A DNA stretch of 46,204 nt. Source: Candidatus Moraniibacteriota bacterium (GTDB lineage Bacteria; Patescibacteriota; Minisyncoccia; Moranbacterales; UBA1568). Made by a program: the position numbers and the translations under genes. The stretch is from assembly GCA_013334575.1 (NCBI GenBank), contig JAAXXG010000008.1, positions 1 through 46,204 of the forward strand. The letters run 5' to 3'. Shown piece by piece: positions 19,382 through 28,331 of this stretch. How positions within the stretch are numbered: position 1 is the stretch's first letter; every line of letters begins with the position of its first letter. The notes under the pieces are model-generated. The model was not told the DNA's origin. It did no database searches and saw only the letters and a list, made by a program, of their open reading frames with translations.

Positions 19382-19561
19382 CTACTTCTTCTTGGCGACC
19401 TTCTTGGTGGCCTTCTTGGCGACCTTCTTGACCGCCTTCTTGGCGACCTTCTTGACCGCCTTCTTGGCGACCTTCTTGACCGCCTTCTTGGCGACCTTCT
19501 TCACCGCCTTCTTGGCGACCTTCTTGACGGACTTCTTCGCCGCCTTCTTCTTTGCTGCCAT
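19382..19561 (-). CDS. histone H1/Hc2-like lysine-rich repeat protein (59 aa)
   Basis: Repeated KKVAKKAV encoded by a 24-bp tandem repeat; strong SD AAGGAGGTGA before ATG 19561. Confidence 0.85.
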   Translation of the reverse strand: MAAKKKAAKKSVKKVAKKAVKKVAKKAVKKVAKKAVKKVAKKAVKKVAKKATKKVAKKK

Positions 19562-20084
19562 GTGGTTCACCTCCTTTCGTTTTTTCCGCGTATGCGGATG
19601 TGTTGCACGATGGAACGAATGATTCGTTGCACCGCTCCCTCCGTGCGTTGTTTATGTCGTATCGGAATTTTTTTCCGATACGTTTTCATTATAATTTTTT
19701 TTTCAAAAAAATCAAAGTGATTTTTTTTCCTGTCAAGCGTTCATGATCGGCGATAAGAACACGATTTGAAAATCAATAACGCGATGACACCAAACGAATC
19801 GATGAACGAAGGATCGGTAACGAAGATACGTATCCGATATCATGATACCGAAACAGGAACGCCGCATGAACCTTCTTCATTCTTGTCGCAATGATTCATA
19901 ACGGAAGATTCCTTCGCGCCCGCCGTTCTTCGCCGACTCCGAAACGATCAGTTACGGACCCGAGAGACCTTCGCAACGGGGTTCCGATCGAACGTTTCCC
20001 TTCCGAGGCCCTTCTGATGCGCTCTTCCGCCACCGAAATATCGAAAAATGCCCATATAACGCAAGAAACCGGTCGTTTGTAAAG

Positions 20085-20113
20085 TTGACGCGCAGTCTCC
20101 GCGACCGTACCAT
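20085..20113 (+). promoter_or_regulatory. putative sigma70 promoter
   Basis: TTGACG, 17 bp, TACCAT. Confidence 0.6.
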
Positions 20114-20229
20114 GGGACATACAGGGGGTCGATCCGCCGCGGACCCGTCCGTCGGCGATATCGAGGATCAGGCTTCAACGCAAGCGGTTCCTTCCACAAT
20201 CAGTAATACTAGAAAGGAAGGTGAATCAC

Positions 20230-20808
20230 ATGGAAGAAGACAAGGACATGAGTTACGAAGAGGGAATGTCGGAAAAGGTGAAGACGTGGATTCAGGAAAA
20301 CCTTCGGGTCATCACGAGCGTCTTCATCGTCGCGGTCATCGCGTTCGGTATCTATTCGTATTCCGATCGCACGGTTCCGTCCGAGAACGCCGACCTGAAA
20401 AAGATAGAGTCATCCGAAACGGCGAAGGAGGAGACGTCGGGTGACACGGTATCGGAGGAAACGCAGCCGCAGAAGGAAGTACAGCCGACCGAAGCGAGCC
20501 AGGAAACGGAAGGATCCTTCATCGAGACCGCCGGTCGCGGTGACGGATTGACGCACCTCGCCCGCCGCGCCGCGGCCGATTACCTCGAAAAGAACGCGGA
20601 TTCGTCCGTCACGGTCGAACACCGCGTCTACATCGAGGACTATCTCCGCAAGAAGGTCGGGCACACCGGAGGAGTGAAGATGGGGACCAGTGTCGAATTT
20701 TCCAAGGACCTCATCCGCGAAGCCGTCGACGCGTCGAAGCGTCTCAACGATCGCCAGCTCGAGAATCTGAAGCGGTATTCCGCGCGCGTTTCCGAGTTTC
20801 GGAAATAG
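20230..20808 (+). CDS. single-TM protein with C-terminal divergent LysM-like domain
   Basis: SD-like AAAGGAAGGTGA; TM; acidic linker; GDGLTHLARRA..VKMGTSVEF. Confidence 0.8.
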   Translation: MEEDKDMSYEEGMSEKVKTWIQENLRVITSVFIVAVIAFGIYSYSDRTVPSENADLKKIESSETAKEETSGDTVSEETQPQKEVQPTEASQETEGSFIETAGRGDGLTHLARRAAADYLEKNADSSVTVEHRVYIEDYLRKKVGHTGGVKMGTSVEFSKDLIREAVDASKRLNDRQLENLKRYSARVSEFRK

Positions 20809-20842
20809 CGGCTGAACCCGCACCACTTTAGTACCTTTTCTA

Positions 20843-20874
20843 CGGAAAAGCCCCGCAACTGCGGGGCTTTTCCG
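20843..20874. terminator. bidirectional terminator
   Basis: CGGAAAAGCCCCGCA-AC-TGCGGGGCTTTTCCG between convergent genes. Confidence 0.85.
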
Positions 20875-20891
20875 TTTCCTGCGGTTCGACG

Positions 20892-23426
20892 TCATCCGAG
20901 ACCGTGCGAACCGCGAACGAACTGGTTCACACGGGAGAGGATCTCGCGATTTACGATGTTCGCGTCCCGGCCGTACCGGAGACGGGAAAGCTCCTTGAGC
21001 GCGGCGGCAACCTCACGGTCCCCCGACGGAGACGGAAGCGTCTTCATGTTGAACGGCTTCGACTGTTCGCCGTTTATGAGCAATCTGGCGAATCCCTGCC
21101 GATTGTCGACATTCATGAGGTCGTTCGCCGTGAAGACCGGAGCGAACTGCTTCTCAAGAAATTCGGCGTCTTCGGGACCGACCCGCAGCGCGACCATCGA
21201 TCCGACGTTTCCGAACACCGCTTTCGAGATTTCCTCCTTCAGCTGACCGATGAACTGATGCACGATGATGAGGTCGAGCCGGTATTTTCGGGCTTCGGAC
21301 AGGATCTGCGCGATCGAGTTCGTCGTCACGTTCTGAAACTCGTCCATGTAGAGATAGAAGTCCCTGCGCTCGGACTCCGGCATGTCGACGCGGGAAAGCG
21401 CCGACATGAGAAGCTTCCCGACGATGACCATACCGAGAAGCCGGGCGTTGATTTCGCCGATCTTCCCCTTCGAGAGATTGACGAGCAGGATCTTCCCCTC
21501 GTCCATGACCTTCCGGAAATCGACACCCGATTCCTGCTGCGCGATGATCGGCCGCATGATATCGTTAGAGATGAACGCGGTAAGCTTGGAGGTGATGTAC
21601 GGCACCATGTTCGCGAGCGCCGCCTCGCCGCCCGCCTTTTCGGCTTCCTTGGTCCAGAAATCACGCACGATAGGATTCGCGCAATGGGACAGCTTCATCC
21701 TCCGGAAATCCTCGTCGGCCAGGACCCGGGATATCTCCATGAGCGTCGATCCGCTCTCCGGATGTTCCATGATGAGGAGCATCGCATTGCGCATGTACTG
21801 CTCGAACATCGGTCCTCCGGTCGACTTCAGGTCGTACAACTGGTCGAAGATGCCGATCATCTCGTTTATGACGAACGTCTTCTGTTCCGGGTGCTTCGGA
21901 TCGAACTCGAGCATATTGAGTCCGATCGGCCGTTCGGTGTCGGACGGATCGAAGAGGATCACGTCGTCAGCGCGCTCCCGCGGTATGGACGCAAGGATGT
22001 TCTCGATCGCGTCTCCGTGCGGATCGATGAAGCAGAATCCGTGCTTCTGCCGCGCGTCCCACTTCGCAAGACCCTCGATGAAATATGATTTTCCGGTCCC
22101 GGTCTGGCCGATGACGTACAGGTGTCGGCGACGGTCGTCGTCAGTAAGCCTGACCTCCGTCCGGATGCCGCGATAGTCGTTGTACCCGAGCGGCAGCCCC
22201 TCCTTCGGGATGTTGATCGGTGGCGCGGCCGCGCCTGCCTTGAGCCACTTGATCTTCGGAGTCTCCGTGACCGAGATCGGAAAATGAAAGACGCTCGCGA
22301 CCTCCTCGGTCGAGAGAAGCATCGCATGCTCGTCATCGTAGTTTCGAAAGATGTAATCGAACGCGGCCTGCCGGCTTTTCTTCCGTTTCTTCACCCGGAA
22401 CGAGTTCACGCCGGTATTGTCGAACTGGGTGAATGCGTTCTCGACGTGTGAAAGGATCTGTTCCGCCCGCTCCTCCGTCGAAGCCGACGCCAGCAGGCGG
22501 ACATTCACCCGGAAGGCGGGGAGATTTGATTTTCCCTCGATCGCCTTTATGAGCTCCTGCTCTTCCGGGGTGAGCGATACCGGAGCCTTTTCCGGCGACG
22601 GCACGTTCGGATTCGTCTTGGTCGTGCCGAAGGTGACCGTGGAAGCCGTCTCCTGAACGACCGACTTGGCGATACTGCGGGCGAACGACGATCGGGACGC
22701 GAGCGGACTCTCGATCGCCTGCTTGAGACGGGTCCCCTGCTGCATGCGCTGCGCCACCTCCTTACCGTGCCGTCGCCATTCGCTTCCCCTCACCGGAGCG
22801 AGTACGAGCTGGACGACCGCACCCTCGACATCGGTATCCATCTTACTCATCGCCGTCGCGATCTCGTCGAGCGAATCGGTTCCCATCATGCGGTAAGTCC
22901 GGAGCGGAAGAGCGGGTGCCGCCTTGAGATCGAGCACCGAGACCGCCGTGAAGCTTCCGGGAGTGAAAATGGTGTAGTCCGAGGCCTTCTCGATGACCGC
23001 ATCGGGAAAAAAGCTGTGGATCTGTTTCTCGATCCCGTCCCGAAAACGTTTCGGCATCGAGATGAAGAAGAGTATCTCCTCGCTCCCCGCCGGTTTGGCG
23101 ATCTCGAGCACGATGGTCGGTGCCTCGTAAAAAAAGCGCTTCACCGGATTGGTTTTCCGCTTGAAGAGCGCCATCGCCTCGAGAAGTTTTTCCATGACAA
23201 GCACTTCTTCCTTCCACGCCTCAGCCTGTCTCTGTTCGCCGGAACGTTCGGTCGGCTTGGCGACCCGCACCAACTCGACGTCCATAGCGATGGACTGGTT
23301 GACCTGCGAGCGGAATCTCATGAAGCTCCGCGCGACGAGCGCGCCGCCGGAAAGGATGGTACAAAGTCCCGAGAGAACGATGAGCGGCAGAAGCGCCGCA
23401 CTGTCGACCGCGAATGAGGTTTCCAT
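20892..23426 (-). CDS. VirD4/TraD-HerA-like P-loop ATPase (T4SS coupling-protein-like)
   Basis: N-terminal TM; RRRHLYVIGQTGTGKS (Walker A), IDPHGD, LYMDEFQN (Walker B), LSEARKYRL, HQFIGQL. Confidence 0.9.
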   Translation of the reverse strand: METSFAVDSAALLPLIVLSGLCTILSGGALVARSFMRFRSQVNQSIAMDVELVRVAKPTERSGEQRQAEAWKEEVLVMEKLLEAMALFKRKTNPVKRFFYEAPTIVLEIAKPAGSEEILFFISMPKRFRDGIEKQIHSFFPDAVIEKASDYTIFTPGSFTAVSVLDLKAAPALPLRTYRMMGTDSLDEIATAMSKMDTDVEGAVVQLVLAPVRGSEWRRHGKEVAQRMQQGTRLKQAIESPLASRSSFARSIAKSVVQETASTVTFGTTKTNPNVPSPEKAPVSLTPEEQELIKAIEGKSNLPAFRVNVRLLASASTEERAEQILSHVENAFTQFDNTGVNSFRVKKRKKSRQAAFDYIFRNYDDEHAMLLSTEEVASVFHFPISVTETPKIKWLKAGAAAPPINIPKEGLPLGYNDYRGIRTEVRLTDDDRRRHLYVIGQTGTGKSYFIEGLAKWDARQKHGFCFIDPHGDAIENILASIPRERADDVILFDPSDTERPIGLNMLEFDPKHPEQKTFVINEMIGIFDQLYDLKSTGGPMFEQYMRNAMLLIMEHPESGSTLMEISRVLADEDFRRMKLSHCANPIVRDFWTKEAEKAGGEAALANMVPYITSKLTAFISNDIMRPIIAQQESGVDFRKVMDEGKILLVNLSKGKIGEINARLLGMVIVGKLLMSALSRVDMPESERRDFYLYMDEFQNVTTNSIAQILSEARKYRLDLIIVHQFIGQLKEEISKAVFGNVGSMVALRVGPEDAEFLEKQFAPVFTANDLMNVDNRQGFARLLINGEQSKPFNMKTLPSPSGDREVAAALKELSRLRYGRDANIVNREILSRVNQFVRGSHGLG

Positions 23427-23429
23427 AAC

Positions 23430-23456
23430 GTTCGTGTTCGTGTTCGTGTTCGTGTT
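23430..23456. repeat. (GTTCGT)4.5 microsatellite
   Basis: Seen directly, 3 nt upstream of the ATPase start codon. Confidence 0.85.
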
Positions 23457-23473
23457 GCTTCCGCCTCTCCGTC

Positions 23474-23914
23474 TCAGTCGCGACCGATGACCCCCTTCGC
23501 GACGAGCGCGTCATAAAATCGCTCCGCGAGGGCATCATGCATCCGATCGAGCGCGTAATAATCGTTCAGATGAAGCGCTACCTTGACCGCATATTCCGGC
23601 CCCTTGGCCTCGACAAGCGAAAGCAGCTTGGAAACCCGCGCCTCCTCGTCGACCTCACCGAAAACGGCTTCCGCGTCTACCGCGACGGCAGCCGTATCGT
23701 CCTCGTCGTCCGATGCGGGAGAAACCGTCCGAGACGGCATCTTCGAGAGTATCTCGGAAAACGTCTCCCGCGCCCGCTCCTGTGACCGCTCAACCGCCTG
23801 CGCGGCAGGCCGTTCCATATCGGTCATGACGATCTCCTCCCGTCCCGACCGAACCGATCCTGCCGCATCCTCGAAGGATCCTCCTTCCACCGGAACGTTC
23901 ATATCCTGTGCCAT
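23474..23914 (-). CDS. hypothetical protein
   Basis: 146-aa acidic ORF between the giant protein and the ATPase; ordered C-terminus (YYALDRMHDAL). Confidence 0.8.
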   Translation of the reverse strand: MAQDMNVPVEGGSFEDAAGSVRSGREEIVMTDMERPAAQAVERSQERARETFSEILSKMPSRTVSPASDDEDDTAAVAVDAEAVFGEVDEEARVSKLLSLVEAKGPEYAVKVALHLNDYYALDRMHDALAERFYDALVAKGVIGRD

Positions 23915-23936
23915 ATCCCGTTTCTCTTACCGATTA

Positions 23937-26900
23937 TCAGTTTTTCGCCACTGCGTTACCCGCCGTCTTCGACGCCTCCAACGCCGCCTTCGCGAACGAA
24001 TCAAGCTCCTTATCGGAAACCGATGAGATCTGAGTCGCCGGATCGAGTCCCTTCTTTGCCATTTCGACCGATATCCGCTCAAAATAGGCGCGGAACGTCT
24101 CAGTCGATCCGATCGTCTCCGGCGATACCTCGCTTCGACGGGCCGCGATCAGGAATTTCCCGAGCCTTCTCATTCCTTCTTCGTTCATTCCCGACGAAGC
24201 GTCGAGCCGTTCGGGCTGCGCGACCGCAAGCAGGCAATCACGATAGACACCCTTCGAGGACTGCTTTGCGAATTTCAGAAACATGTCGTTATTCACGCCC
24301 CCGCCGGTCGCAGGAAACAGTTCCCGAGCCGACGCTGACGCAGCCTTCCGAAAACGCTCGAGACTGACGGAGTCGACCAGGTATTTTTTTGCATCTTTCG
24401 ATATGACGGAACTCCTCATCGAAACGAGTTTCGGATCCGCAGCGACCGTCTCCGTCGCAGCCGTTTTCGCTCCATCGGCAGCCGCAGATACGCCGGCATC
24501 TTTCCCTGCGAATCCACCGTCTTTCATGCCCTGACGATCGGCCTCAGCACCCGAAACGCTCTTTTCCACGACAGGCGAACGAGCCTCCGGAGCCACATTT
24601 GAGCTTCCGTTTCCGGCGACTGCTTCGGCGGACGCGGCACCGGATCCCGAACCGGGCGTTGCCGTAGCACCTTCCGGTTGAAACTCACTCACCCGATCCG
24701 CATACGTTCTCAGTCCCTCTACCTGCGTCGCACTCAGTCCGTTCGCTTTCGCGGCCGCCTCCTTCATCATCTCATCGGAAAACTCGATCTTGTCACCGAC
24801 ATTCAGAGCGCCCGAATGTCCGACCTTCTTGCTCAGATAATCCTCGACATACACCTTCTGCTCCGCGGAAAGCCCCTTCAATTCCGGCGTCCTCGCGGCA
24901 TACTCCGCAAACGCGCGCCGGGCGAGATGAGTCACTCCATCGCCGCGACGAGCCTCCTCAACGACGTTCCCCGCGGACCGAACGACACCGGGAACAGCCC
25001 CCCTCGTCTCAGCGACTACCTTTGCCGCGGCTTCGGAGCCGCGTCCGCTCCCGCTTGCGACACGCTCGACGGCACTGCGAACCGCACCCGCCGATCGCGA
25101 CGCCCCCTTCGTCTCAACAGTTCCCTTTGCCGCCATCTCAGCCCCTTGTCCGCTTCCACCCGATACCTGCCGGGCGGCATCGCTAACCGCATTGCCACCC
25201 ATCGACTGACCCGAGCCCGCCTCCTCCCCGTAAATCCGATCGAGGTGTTCCCTTGCCGACATCGCCCCGTGACTCGGGCCGGACGACGGAAATTCCGGCT
25301 GTATCTCCGAAAAGAACCTGACAGCTCCAAGAATCCGTTTCGCCCCCTCAACTGTCCCCATACCAAGCATGGCGATCGTACCGGACACCACCATCCCGTT
25401 CTGCATCTCTTTCCAGCGATACGACTTTCTCTTGTCCTGAGTCTCGGTCTCCTCCCGCTTCAGGCGCGTACCGAATCGATTATCGATCGCGTGGCGATGC
25501 TCCGCATCAGAAAATAATCCGAGACTCATCTCCGCCCTCGCAAGCGCCTCCATGAGCGCGACACGGGCACGCACACCCTCAGCACCATCACCGAACTTAA
25601 CGGCGTCCGTCTTCAGTCGCTCCTTTACGTATTCGACTCGTGACTGAAGTGCAGCAAGTGCCCGTTCCGACTGCACGCTATCGGGCTCCGCGACCCGGAC
25701 CTGTTCACTGATATCATCGAGACGTTCCGCAAGTCCGCGTTTCCCTCGGTCTCCACTCATCTCCTCCAAGGACGCGGATGCTCTCACCATTCTCCGCTTC
25801 CCCGCGACTAGTCGTTCCTCGGATTTCCGACTCGGAACAGTCATAAGCTTCCGGAACCATCCTGTATCAGACGGAACGTCTTTCACGACGGGATCCATAC
25901 CTCGACGCGCGCGCCTATCCTGTTCAGCCAGCGACTCCTCCGCGCGGCGATATGCCATGACTCCGCCGGAAACCATCGAAACCAGGGGAGCGACCGCGAG
26001 TCCGAGAGTCCCGGCGACACCCATAGCCGTCGCCGCCGCCATTCCTGCCGCCCGTGCTCCGGCACCGCCGACGAAATACGCCGCACGTTCCGCAGCAACC
26101 GTTCGGAAGAACGATTTTACCGGTGACCAACGACTCGTGTCCGTTGCCTCATCGAGATAATCCTCCACCTCCGGATGCGCCTGCAGATATCGCATGAGTC
26201 GAACGCGATTATCCGCGATCCGAAGCGCCACGTGTTCGTCGCGAAGCGTTCCGTACTCGGCCGGATGTTCACGTTCACGGTCGATATACCCTTCCAGCCG
26301 CTCCACTGCCGCATCGTATACCGCCTTCGCCTCCTCGTATCGCTTCCGATCCCGCTTCGTCGCACCGGGAAGTCCCCACTCCTGCGGGATATTCGCGAAC
26401 TGAAAAGCCGCGCCATTGAACGCGTCCCATTCCGACTTCGCCGTCTCGTCATCCTTCAACGCCTCAACCGGAGAAAGGAACCGGATGTCGAATCTTCCGG
26501 TTTCCGCGTTTCGCGATACATCCAAGCCGCTCATCGTCACCCAACGTGAGAGTTGCTCGATATCGGCACGATACTCCTCGATGCCGCCACTCAGCACAGT
26601 TTCAGCCACGTCGCGTCTCGCGCGCGTCAATCTGAAGTTCCGCATTGCCCCCAGCGCGACGGTGTCATGCGCCCGATCCTCGATCTTCCGGGCAGCCGAC
26701 TGCCGAAGCATCTCGGCGACGAACACCTGCTGACCCTCCGTAAGTTCGGAAAGCCCCGGGATGGCATGAAGCTCGGACGCGTCTATCCCGAACCGTTCAA
26801 ATCGCTTGCACACCTCCGCGGAAAAAGTCAGGGCATCGGGATCTCCGTTTCCCTTAACCTCGGGCCGCAAAGAATCCGCCTTCTCATCCGAAAAGGCTTC

Positions 26901-28232
26901 CTCGGGAACTTCCCCTGTCAGATCGTACAGTTCCCACTTCAGACGGGAAAGATCTTCTTCCAGAGATTTCATTCTCGCTTCGAGAGCCCCGACTTCCTCG
27001 TCGAGCTTCTTTCTAACGTCATCGGTATGAGCCAAAGAGCCGAAAGCGTCGGCAACGGAACGCATACCCCCTTTGAAAGCATGTCTCTTCCGATCCAATT
27101 CACTCTCGATCATCCGCAACTCCTCTTCGAGTTCGGCGATTTTCCGCTTTTTCGCCTCGATACCTTTTTCCGGAATCGACCCGCCCGAATCGGCTTCCGA
27201 AGTCAGTCGTTCGGATTTGGAATCATAATCGTGACCAATCGGAATCGGCCGATCATAGAATGCCGCTGACACGAGCGCCTCCGAAGAGGCCGGAGCGGCC
27301 GGCTCAGGTTCTCTCGATCCCTGAACCGTGATCGGATCGGCCGCGGCATCGGCTACACCTCCTGTCGCATCCGCTCCGGCATGGCCTGGTTCCACTGTCA
27401 CGGATGAGTCCGCCGGCTCATCAATCCCCGGTTCCGTGCCGACCGGATTCGCGTCTTTCCTGTCGATCTTGTCGAATGAGACGGCGTTCAGCATCCCGAT
27501 GATTTCGTTCCGCGCCGTTTCGAGCGCCGGTACCTCGGTCAATGCGGTCGCATCTTTCCGGCTCCGTACGTACAGATCATTTATCCGTTTTCCCAACGTC
27601 TTCTGAATGCGATCAAGTCGCTCCCGAATCGGCTTCAATGCCAGGAGAAGTTCGGACCGTTTCTTCTTTTCCTCCTCGAGTTCCTTGCAATCCCTCTCAA
27701 ACTGGACCTCATCATCCCCCTTCGCCCTCCCTTTTCTGGATCCGGGAACGTACTCCGAAGACTCGATCCTCCTCCATAGATCTCTTATATGACTCCTGAC
27801 ATCCCGCAAACTCCGCACGTCCAACGTCAATTCCTCGAGAGAGCGCACCTCTCCATCAGGGGAGACCACGCCAAGATCCTTCTCGGCGACGACCTCCGGA
27901 TACCTTCTCAGGACCTCAAGAATCTCCGGTCCGCCTGGGATCTCCTCTTCCTCAAAATCCCGCTCGCGGAACAACGCCTCGGCATAACGGATTTTCGTCC
28001 TGATACTCTTTTTCCACGCCTTTTCATTCTTACCCAAGACGGCATCATCGCGGTCAAGCTCCTGCATCTTCGTCAGGAGCGCATCATGAAGACTCCTGCA
28101 TTCCTTTCCGGAAAGACGGCTGAGATACCAGACGAATTCCGACTGCCCGAAATTGAGCACATCCTCCAACGGACGCACCGACCCGGCCTCAAAAGTCCTC
28201 CTCGTCTTGTCCGGTTGAACCTTCCTATCCAT
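23937..28232 (-). CDS. giant (~1430 aa) coiled-coil/membrane protein with LysM-like domain
   Basis: Continuous ORF; coiled coils, Gly/Ala-rich hydrophobic segments, GDGVTHLARRA domain; ATG at 28232. Confidence 0.85.
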   Translation of the reverse strand: MDRKVQPDKTRRTFEAGSVRPLEDVLNFGQSEFVWYLSRLSGKECRSLHDALLTKMQELDRDDAVLGKNEKAWKKSIRTKIRYAEALFRERDFEEEEIPGGPEILEVLRRYPEVVAEKDLGVVSPDGEVRSLEELTLDVRSLRDVRSHIRDLWRRIESSEYVPGSRKGRAKGDDEVQFERDCKELEEEKKKRSELLLALKPIRERLDRIQKTLGKRINDLYVRSRKDATALTEVPALETARNEIIGMLNAVSFDKIDRKDANPVGTEPGIDEPADSSVTVEPGHAGADATGGVADAAADPITVQGSREPEPAAPASSEALVSAAFYDRPIPIGHDYDSKSERLTSEADSGGSIPEKGIEAKKRKIAELEEELRMIESELDRKRHAFKGGMRSVADAFGSLAHTDDVRKKLDEEVGALEARMKSLEEDLSRLKWELYDLTGEVPEEAFSDEKADSLRPEVKGNGDPDALTFSAEVCKRFERFGIDASELHAIPGLSELTEGQQVFVAEMLRQSAARKIEDRAHDTVALGAMRNFRLTRARRDVAETVLSGGIEEYRADIEQLSRWVTMSGLDVSRNAETGRFDIRFLSPVEALKDDETAKSEWDAFNGAAFQFANIPQEWGLPGATKRDRKRYEEAKAVYDAAVERLEGYIDREREHPAEYGTLRDEHVALRIADNRVRLMRYLQAHPEVEDYLDEATDTSRWSPVKSFFRTVAAERAAYFVGGAGARAAGMAAATAMGVAGTLGLAVAPLVSMVSGGVMAYRRAEESLAEQDRRARRGMDPVVKDVPSDTGWFRKLMTVPSRKSEERLVAGKRRMVRASASLEEMSGDRGKRGLAERLDDISEQVRVAEPDSVQSERALAALQSRVEYVKERLKTDAVKFGDGAEGVRARVALMEALARAEMSLGLFSDAEHRHAIDNRFGTRLKREETETQDKRKSYRWKEMQNGMVVSGTIAMLGMGTVEGAKRILGAVRFFSEIQPEFPSSGPSHGAMSAREHLDRIYGEEAGSGQSMGGNAVSDAARQVSGGSGQGAEMAAKGTVETKGASRSAGAVRSAVERVASGSGRGSEAAAKVVAETRGAVPGVVRSAGNVVEEARRGDGVTHLARRAFAEYAARTPELKGLSAEQKVYVEDYLSKKVGHSGALNVGDKIEFSDEMMKEAAAKANGLSATQVEGLRTYADRVSEFQPEGATATPGSGSGAASAEAVAGNGSSNVAPEARSPVVEKSVSGAEADRQGMKDGGFAGKDAGVSAAADGAKTAATETVAADPKLVSMRSSVISKDAKKYLVDSVSLERFRKAASASARELFPATGGGVNNDMFLKFAKQSSKGVYRDCLLAVAQPERLDASSGMNEEGMRRLGKFLIAARRSEVSPETIGSTETFRAYFERISVEMAKKGLDPATQISSVSDKELDSFAKAALEASKTAGNAVAKN

Positions 28233-28331
28233 ACGAAGAATCCGTGCACGGCAACTCCCACGCATCGGCGTGAACGCTTCCGCCTCCTTTTATGGTATAA
28301 TCCTACCATATCGGAACCGAAAGAAAAACAT

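Noticed and set aside
20114-20229. Riboswitch in the ~110-nt leader (also the infA and rpsB leaders)
   Set aside because: GC-rich pairing is possible, but I recognised no family consensus; an Rfam/Infernal scan is needed.
3135-22088. Long antisense or overlapping ORFs (e.g. 3135-4397, 13882-15144, 15651-16748, 20904-22088)
   Set aside because: Shadow frames of real genes in GC-rich DNA, with no recognisable motifs.
20892-23426. Conjugative element or ICE
   Set aside because: No relaxase, VirB4/mating-pair genes, integrase or att sites nearby; the ATPase sits among chromosomal genes.
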